Source: Patescibacteria group bacterium (GTDB lineage: Bacteria; Patescibacteriota; Patescibacteriia; 2-01-FULL-39-33). Taken from it: a stretch of DNA of 64,000 nt. Where the stretch lies: contig JBAZMW010000002.1 of NCBI GenBank assembly GCA_041649575.1, positions 78,159 to 142,158 on the forward strand, written 5' to 3'. The position numbers and the translations under genes were made by a program. Numbering within the stretch: position 1 is the stretch's first letter; each line of letters begins with the position of its first letter. Shown here piece by piece: positions 58,609-64,000 of the stretch. The notes under the pieces were generated by a model. The model was not told where the DNA came from. It did not search any database and saw nothing but the letters and a program-made list of their open reading frames with translations.

Positions 58609-58880
58609 TTATAAAAATGCACCTAGTTTTTGGGAATGGGAGGAGACAAAGAGAGCCCAAGTTGGTGGTGGCGAAGGAGGGGAAAACACACTGACCTTGT
58701 CGGTGTGGGATCAACCCGCATTTCCTGGCGGAAGAGGAGAACAGCGGTATGGTTCGCGAACGCCCACCCTGATCAAATTATCGATTCTACATAACAGGTA
58801 GTCGCTGTTGATACGATTCGGGTGCGTCAAAGCTCGGGGCATGGCTTAACGGTCGTGCCCCGGGCTCTCTATTTTTTAAT
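58609..58880 (+). ncRNA. Candidate small structured RNA (~270 nt, G+C-rich, no ORF) with its own promoter and terminator; family unassigned
   Basis: Only tiny ORFs (19 aa or less). G+C-rich. Ends in hairpin cggggca...tgccccg plus a T6 run, abutting the prmC stop on the other strand. Confidence 0.45.
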
Positions 58881-59784
58881 CAACTATTTCTAAAATTCGA
58901 TTGAGGCCGGCTAGGTCTTTTTTTATTTCTATTTTGGAATCTGGAAAATATTTTTGTGCCAGTTTCTTTGTCTCCTGCGGGTAAGCGTGGCCAATCTCGC
59001 AAAAAATCGCTCGTGGCTGGTGGGCCATTTTTTTTATTTGCTGAAATAATTTATCAGAAAGTTCTAAACCAAACTTGCCGCCGGCCAAGGCCAATTTTGG
59101 CTCAAAGTCCAGGGAGTGTCGGTGCGCTTGTTGATTTTTTTCTAGGCGTAGGTTTTTTTCTTTATCGTCCAGATAAGGAAGATTGGCCACAATAACGTCA
59201 ATTTTTTTATTACCAACATTCTTCAGTAAGTCGCTTTTAAAAAATTCAATTTTTACTTTGTTAATCTCGGCATTTAAGCTAGCTATTTTTAGGGCTTTGC
59301 TGGATATATCTAGAGCTAAGATTTGGGCCTGTGGCAGGCTTTTTTTGAGAGCCACGGCAATGCAGCCAGAACCAGTGCCCACATCAACCAGGATCGGTTT
59401 TTGGCTTCTGGGCGGTTTCTGGCAATAAGCGATCGCCTCCTCCACCAATAACTCTGTTTCCGGGCGGGGGATTAGGACGTTTTTGTTGACTTTGAACCGC
59501 AGGCCGAAAAATTCTTTGTTGCCGGTAAGATAAGCCACCGGCTCGTGGCGGGTCCGGCGGCTGATTAATTTTGAAAAAGCTTGCCGCTGTTTGTCGGTCA
59601 ATTTTTTTTCACCATGGGCATAAAGGAACTCTCGCGGTTTTTTTAGCACAAAACTTAAAATTACTTCAGCATCCAATCCGGCCGAAGTAATTCCGCTATT
59701 TTGCAGTTTTTTGCTAGCCGCTGCCAAGGCTTGTTTGGCGGTCATAAATTCTCGTAACGTTTCATGGCTCGTCTGGCGCGCCAA
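58876..59784 (-). CDS. prmC: Release-factor glutamine N5-methyltransferase PrmC (HemK); true start possibly Met14 (59745)
   Basis: SAM motif VDVGTGSGCIA, and catalytic motif IVANLPYL (an NLPY variant of NPPY). Confidence 0.8.
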   Translation of the reverse strand: MARQTSHETLREFMTAKQALAAASKKLQNSGITSAGLDAEVILSFVLKKPREFLYAHGEKKLTDKQRQAFSKLISRRTRHEPVAYLTGNKEFFGLRFKVNKNVLIPRPETELLVEEAIAYCQKPPRSQKPILVDVGTGSGCIAVALKKSLPQAQILALDISSKALKIASLNAEINKVKIEFFKSDLLKNVGNKKIDVIVANLPYLDDKEKNLRLEKNQQAHRHSLDFEPKLALAGGKFGLELSDKLFQQIKKMAHQPRAIFCEIGHAYPQETKKLAQKYFPDSKIEIKKDLAGLNRILEIVD

Positions 59785-60413
59785 ACCTGGCCGTTTAGTT
59801 TCAGCCGCCAGCTAAAACCCTGCCACAAGCCCCATTTTTTCTCTTTGATTATTTGGTGCAAGTTTTTCAGGATTGGCGTGGCGACTTTCAGTTTATGCTT
59901 CCTGGCGTAGTAATTCATCACCGTTTCAATGCCAAAGTCTAAAAGATTTTCGTCTTTGGGCAGTGAGTCAAAAAATTTTCTGGTCATAGCCCTTTCACCG
60001 CCGATAGCATACATGGGAAAAATTTTTGGTATCAGCGCTCCCAGGCCAAAAACGCGGTCTCTTAGGCCCACCGACATGGTTGCTTGGCCGTTTAAAACCG
60101 GCCGCAAAACTTGTTTGATGTGGCTGGTTGTCAGGTTTTCCAAATCGGCGTCGGCAAACATGATAATGTTGCCGCTGGTCGCTTTGACTCCGGCCGTCAT
60201 CGCGCTGCCTTTGCCCTGGCTAGTGGGTCTTTTTAAGACTTTGACTTTGAATTTTTCCGCTACCTTGGCGGTTTTATCGGTGCAGGCATCGGCTATTACC
60301 AAGATCTCGTCCAGTTCTTCCACTTTAGTGACTACCTTTAGGACGCTGGCAATATTGTCCGCTTCGTTGTGAGCGGGAATGATCAGAGAAATTTTTTGTT
60401 TTTTATTTTTCAT
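59742..60413 (-). CDS. Glycosyltransferase family 2 (DPM/DPG-synthase-like), inserted between prfA and prmC
   Basis: ISLIIPAHNEADNI...ILVIADACTD...FADADL GT-A motifs. Confidence 0.75.
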   Translation of the reverse strand: MKNKKQKISLIIPAHNEADNIASVLKVVTKVEELDEILVIADACTDKTAKVAEKFKVKVLKRPTSQGKGSAMTAGVKATSGNIIMFADADLENLTTSHIKQVLRPVLNGQATMSVGLRDRVFGLGALIPKIFPMYAIGGERAMTRKFFDSLPKDENLLDFGIETVMNYYARKHKLKVATPILKNLHQIIKEKKWGLWQGFSWRLKLNGQVWRARRAMKRYENL

Positions 60414-60485
60414 TCTTTAAATTATACCATAGAAAAAATAAATAAAAAAATCCTCATTGGGTTTCAATCAGGCTTTCTTAATTTT

Positions 60486-61556
60486 TTAAGTGGCCGCGGC
60501 CAAGGCCAGCTCTTCGTCTAGTTTTTTTAACTGATTAATCACAGACTGCAGATTGCCGTCCATGATAGAAGCGATATTATTGAAGTTTTCGTTCAAGCGG
60601 TGATCGGTAAGGCGGTCTTGGGGAAAGTTGTAGGTGCGGATTTTTTCACTGCGGTCGCCCGAGCCGATTTGCGCTTTTCTGGTTTGGCTTAACTTTTTTT
60701 CCTCCTCTTCTTTTTTTAACAATAAAAGCCGCGAACGCAATACTATCATCGCTTTTTCTTTGTTTTGCAGTTGCGAGCGTTCGTCTTGGCAGGAGACAGC
60801 CAGGGCGGTCGGCAGGTGAGTGATGCGCACAGCCGAATACGTGGTATTGACGCTCTGGCCTCCGTGGCCGCCGGCGCAGAAGGTATCTATTCTCAAGTCT
60901 TTAGGGTCAATTACCAAATCCACTTCCTCGGCTTCGGGCAAAACGGCCACGGTCACGGTGGAAGTATGGACGCGGCCCTTTTTTTCTGTTTCCGGCACCC
61001 GTTGCACCCGATGAACCCCGCTCTCGTATTTCAAGACGCCATAAACATTCTGACCGGTAATTTCGAAAATTATTTCCTTAAAACCGCCGATGCCGATACG
61101 GTTGGCGGAAATTATTTTGCTTTTCCAGCCGTTTTTTTCTCCATAGCGGCTGTACAAACGGAAGAGCTCGGCCGCGAACAGGGCCGATTCATCGCCGCCG
61201 GCGCCGGCTCTGATTTCCACGATGACATTTTTTTTGTCATTGGGGTCTCTGGGCACAAGTAATGTTTTTATTTCTTGTTCCAACTCGACTTTTCTTTTTT
61301 CCAATTCCGTTCTTTCTTCGGCCGACATCTTTTTTAATTCTTCGTCGCCTTCGTTTTCCTGACCGATTTTTTCCATTTCTCTGATATCGATCTCGGTCTT
61401 TTCTAATTCTTTTTTGGCGGCGATTATTTCTTTTAGGTCGTCATACTCCTGCGATATTTCTTTGATTTTTTTGGGATCGGAAATAGTCGCCTCGTCTTGC
61501 AACAGGCGTTCCAATTCCTCAAATCTTTCCTGGAGTTGTATCAGTTTCGATAACAT
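60486..61556 (-). CDS. prfA: Peptide chain release factor 1 (start placed at MLSKLIQL)
   Basis: GGQ motif (GGHGGQSVN) and RF1-type tripeptide region [17 protein letters not shown] (a PxT-class motif, not the SPF of RF2). Confidence 0.9.
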   Translation of the reverse strand: MLSKLIQLQERFEELERLLQDEATISDPKKIKEISQEYDDLKEIIAAKKELEKTEIDIREMEKIGQENEGDEELKKMSAEERTELEKRKVELEQEIKTLLVPRDPNDKKNVIVEIRAGAGGDESALFAAELFRLYSRYGEKNGWKSKIISANRIGIGGFKEIIFEITGQNVYGVLKYESGVHRVQRVPETEKKGRVHTSTVTVAVLPEAEEVDLVIDPKDLRIDTFCAGGHGGQSVNTTYSAVRITHLPTALAVSCQDERSQLQNKEKAMIVLRSRLLLLKKEEEEKKLSQTRKAQIGSGDRSEKIRTYNFPQDRLTDHRLNENFNNIASIMDGNLQSVINQLKKLDEELALAAAT

Positions 61557-61625
61557 ATTTGTATTATAGCTTAAACAAAAAGAACTCCGCAAACAAGCCG
61601 CGAGCTCTTTTTATTATCAACGATG

Positions 61626-61928
61626 TTATTTGCCTTCTTTTTTGACTTTGGCCTTTTTGACTTCCTTGGCTTTCTTTTGTTTTTCCTTTTTGATTTTTTT
61701 GCCCTGCCTGGACAGCGCCAGACTGGCCTTGGCCTCTACCCGTTTCTGAAATTTATCCACTCTTTTGGCGGTATCAATAAGTTTTTGCTTGCCGGTGTAA
61801 AAAGGATGGCAGGCCGAACAGATTTCAACGTGGATTTCCTCCAGGGTCGAACCAACGGCAAAAGTATTGCCGCAGGCGCAAATCACCTTGGCTTCTTTGA
61901 AGTACTGTGGATGAATGTCTTTTTTCAT
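61626..61928 (-). CDS. rpmE: 50S ribosomal protein L31 (Zn-binding type) with a Lys-rich C-terminal extension
   Basis: CACG...[10 protein letters not shown] zinc motif; about 35 extra Lys-rich residues. Confidence 0.9.
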   Translation of the reverse strand: MKKDIHPQYFKEAKVICACGNTFAVGSTLEEIHVEICSACHPFYTGKQKLIDTAKRVDKFQKRVEAKASLALSRQGKKIKKEKQKKAKEVKKAKVKKEGK

Positions 61929-62040
61929 AAAGAAAGGTAGTTAAAATTTGATATTAAATAGTTTACAGGTTTTTAAGATAAATGTCAATTATTTTATTTG
62001 TCCCGTTGAATTTTGCCAGGTGAATTGATTAACTGGGGTA

Positions 62041-62082
62041 AAAAAAAAGAAGCCCCGCGATTCTCGTCAGAGAATCGCGGGG
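62041..62082 (-). terminator. Rho-independent terminator of the beta-helix lipoprotein gene
   Basis: 13-bp perfect stem ccccgcgattctc-gtca-gagaatcgcgggg, with a T-run on the minus strand (plus-strand A8). Confidence 0.75.
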
Positions 62083-62108
62083 TTCCAAGGTACTTGTTGC
62101 TTGGCAAC

Positions 62109-63758
62109 TCAGCCGGGCATGTTTAGCCAATCGATGCCGATGTCCCGGCCATCGCCAGCCGTGCCGATACAAGGTGAGCCGGCATCAAGATGCCAGTCCT
62201 CGGTGAGCAACGGGTCGGCGAAGACGAGGTTGATCACGTCGACCGTCCAAGGGTTTCTCTCGCACGTTGCCAACGTGTCGTAGTTCCAGACGCAGTTGGG
62301 CCCAACTGTGTAGTAGCCGTTGCTGCAATGAAACGTTGTTTCGCAGCCAGTGACTACCGAGTCGAAAACCGCGACACTATCTTCATTGTACGCGGCTATG
62401 CCTCGCGTCGACCCGACGTGGGGCACCAAGAAGAAGCGTGGACCGACTACGACACAGTGATGGACCGATAAGCCGCTCGCGTAGTTGACCTCTAGTGGCG
62501 AGTTACTCTCGCTGGCGACTACCACGTTTCTCATAGTTAGTGCTACGCCACCTTCGCAGGCAACCGCCGCGTCGCTGTAGTACAGGTTGCGTTTGCCAGG
62601 GCCATTGTGGATGCTGATGTTGTACAACCACATCGTCCAGTCGCCTTTGGCCACCGAAACCGATTTGCCCAGATTGGCCGTGGCTTCGGCCTGGCTCGTG
62701 GGGTATGACCAGGGCGCGGTGTAGATCACATGTGGCCGGTTTGGGTTGTTATCCACGATCCGGCTCTTATCGGGCCCCAATCCAGAAATGCTGATCGTTT
62801 TGGGGTTGGGATAATAGGGGATTGTGAATCCCTCATAGTCGCCCTCGCCCAAGGTGATGTCCACCGGCGTCTCGCACGCGTCGATCGCATCCTGAATTGT
62901 CAGGTACTGCTGGCCGTTCGCGGTGACCGGCGGCTTCTCGTATCCGAACGTGATGTCCAGGTCGAGTTCGCCGTAGATGTCCACTGGCGTGTAGTCGTAG
63001 CACAGGCCACCACTGAAACGGAACGAGCCGGCGAAGTCCAGCTCGGCCACGACCAGGGGCAAAGCCGACTGATAGATGTCGCCGTTATCGTCGGTCGCCA
63101 CCAGCGTCCCGCCCTGGAAGTCGAGCGGTAAACTGAAGCCAAAATCCACTCCGTTTGCTCCTAGCGCCCAGCACCCAGGCCATTCAGTCCCTTCAGCCGT
63201 AACCAGTTTAGCACCACCACGGCCGAAGCTATAATCGCCAGGTAAACCGTTGACGCCGAATCGGAAGTAGTATGTGGGCAGGAAGTCCATTTCCACTTCC
63301 AGGTTTGTGGTCTGTCCGGCGGCGATACTCGCGGCTGTCTCCCCCCAGAAGAGTGGTGCCTTATCCGCGTCCATGATGTACACGGATGCTTCATAGTCAC
63401 CCGGCCAGATGTCTTTGGCCGTTCCGTCGAACACGCCGTCGATGATCGGGAATTCGAGAAAACGGCTGTGGTCGACTGAACCCCCAGCCTTACCCATACC
63501 GGTTCCCGCTTCCCAGAGATGGACCTGAATCCAGCGAGCTCTCGACTTGAAGGCGTCACCGATCGCAATCAACTCTGGATAGGTGAGCGATTTCTCGCCC
63601 GATGCCGCGTACAGGTTACCGTGGATCCGGATGCTACCGGTCTGTGGCTGATTCGGGTCCGGCGGTTTCGGCGTGTCTTGCGCCGGACAGCCCGCGAACA
63701 GAAATGCCGCCAACACCGTCAGCACGGCCAACGTCATACCATTCATCATCTTACTCAT
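62109..63758 (-). CDS. Secreted lipoprotein with right-handed parallel beta-helix (pectin-lyase-like) C-terminal domain; G+C-rich, probably horizontally acquired (start placed at MSKMMNGM with GGAGGA RBS)
   Basis: Lipobox LFAGC after the signal peptide. Repeated NxxxxG/VxxC-type coils in the C-terminal half. G+C content clearly above genome background. Confidence 0.5.
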   Translation of the reverse strand: MSKMMNGMTLAVLTVLAAFLFAGCPAQDTPKPPDPNQPQTGSIRIHGNLYAASGEKSLTYPELIAIGDAFKSRARWIQVHLWEAGTGMGKAGGSVDHSRFLEFPIIDGVFDGTAKDIWPGDYEASVYIMDADKAPLFWGETAASIAAGQTTNLEVEMDFLPTYYFRFGVNGLPGDYSFGRGGAKLVTAEGTEWPGCWALGANGVDFGFSLPLDFQGGTLVATDDNGDIYQSALPLVVAELDFAGSFRFSGGLCYDYTPVDIYGELDLDITFGYEKPPVTANGQQYLTIQDAIDACETPVDITLGEGDYEGFTIPYYPNPKTISISGLGPDKSRIVDNNPNRPHVIYTAPWSYPTSQAEATANLGKSVSVAKGDWTMWLYNISIHNGPGKRNLYYSDAAVACEGGVALTMRNVVVASESNSPLEVNYASGLSVHHCVVVGPRFFLVPHVGSTRGIAAYNEDSVAVFDSVVTGCETTFHCSNGYYTVGPNCVWNYDTLATCERNPWTVDVINLVFADPLLTEDWHLDAGSPCIGTAGDGRDIGIDWLNMPG

Positions 63759-64000
63759 CTCGTGTTCCTCCTCGGTTTTGCTCTTTACCAGACATAGTAA
63801 ATAGCGAATCACGCCCTGTGCGTGTTCGCTGTTGTTGCCAAATTCTCAAGGTGCAACTAATTATAATATCATATTTATTTATTTTTGTCAATAGATGTTA
63901 AAAAATAATCATTTTTTTGTTTTATTTTAGCTATTTTATTTATTTTTATTATATTAATTACTTAAAATGTTGACAGATATTTTTTAATTTGTTAGAATTT

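Noticed and set aside
60486-61592. Looked for the programmed +1 frameshift site typical of prfB (RF2), since a release factor gene is present
   Set aside because: The protein has the RF1-type PxT-class tripeptide region ([17 protein letters not shown]) rather than SPF. It is a single uninterrupted ORF, and prmC follows downstream as expected for prfA. No frameshift is involved.

Overview
This is a compact window at roughly 40% G+C with short intergenic spacers and genes mostly on the + strand. It reads like a Candidate Phyla Radiation (Patescibacteria-type) genome.

Gene content:
- A cell-envelope glycosylation block: GT39-like, three GT2 (one processive, cellulose-synthase-like with QxxRW), GT4, and a DUF4012-like protein.
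- A split group 3b [NiFe]-hydrogenase locus (beta and gamma subunits, then small and large subunits) interleaved with unusual accessory genes.
- Lower glycolysis genes: pgk, eno and two tandem gpmI paralogues.
- Two mreB paralogues, one in a canonical mreBCD-mrdA block, plus ftsW/rodA.
- A CIRCE-controlled hrcA-grpE-hsp20-dnaK run, with dnaJ further downstream.
- Housekeeping genes: galU, frr, rseP, holB, archaeal-type proS, greA, gyrB, prfA-prmC, L25, L31, one tRNA-Glu and a MacAB-like ABC efflux set.

Several short islands are visibly G+C-richer than their flanks. Three of them are non-coding or nearly so and carry their own terminators (two also sigma70-like promoters): about 31390-31850 (-), 45778-46140 (-) and 58609-58880 (+).

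Most unusual is the hydrogenase cluster. Its accessory genes are a HypC-domain fused to a HydE/BioB-type radical SAM enzyme, a fold-type II PLP enzyme, and a HypA-like protein lacking the zinc finger. The large subunit ends exactly at the DPCxxCxxH motif. A 13-14 nt motif recurs upstream of three of these genes.

Also notable is a GIY-YIG nuclease gene tightly bracketed by 28-38 bp inverted repeats. All calls come from reading the sequence and translations; no searches were run.
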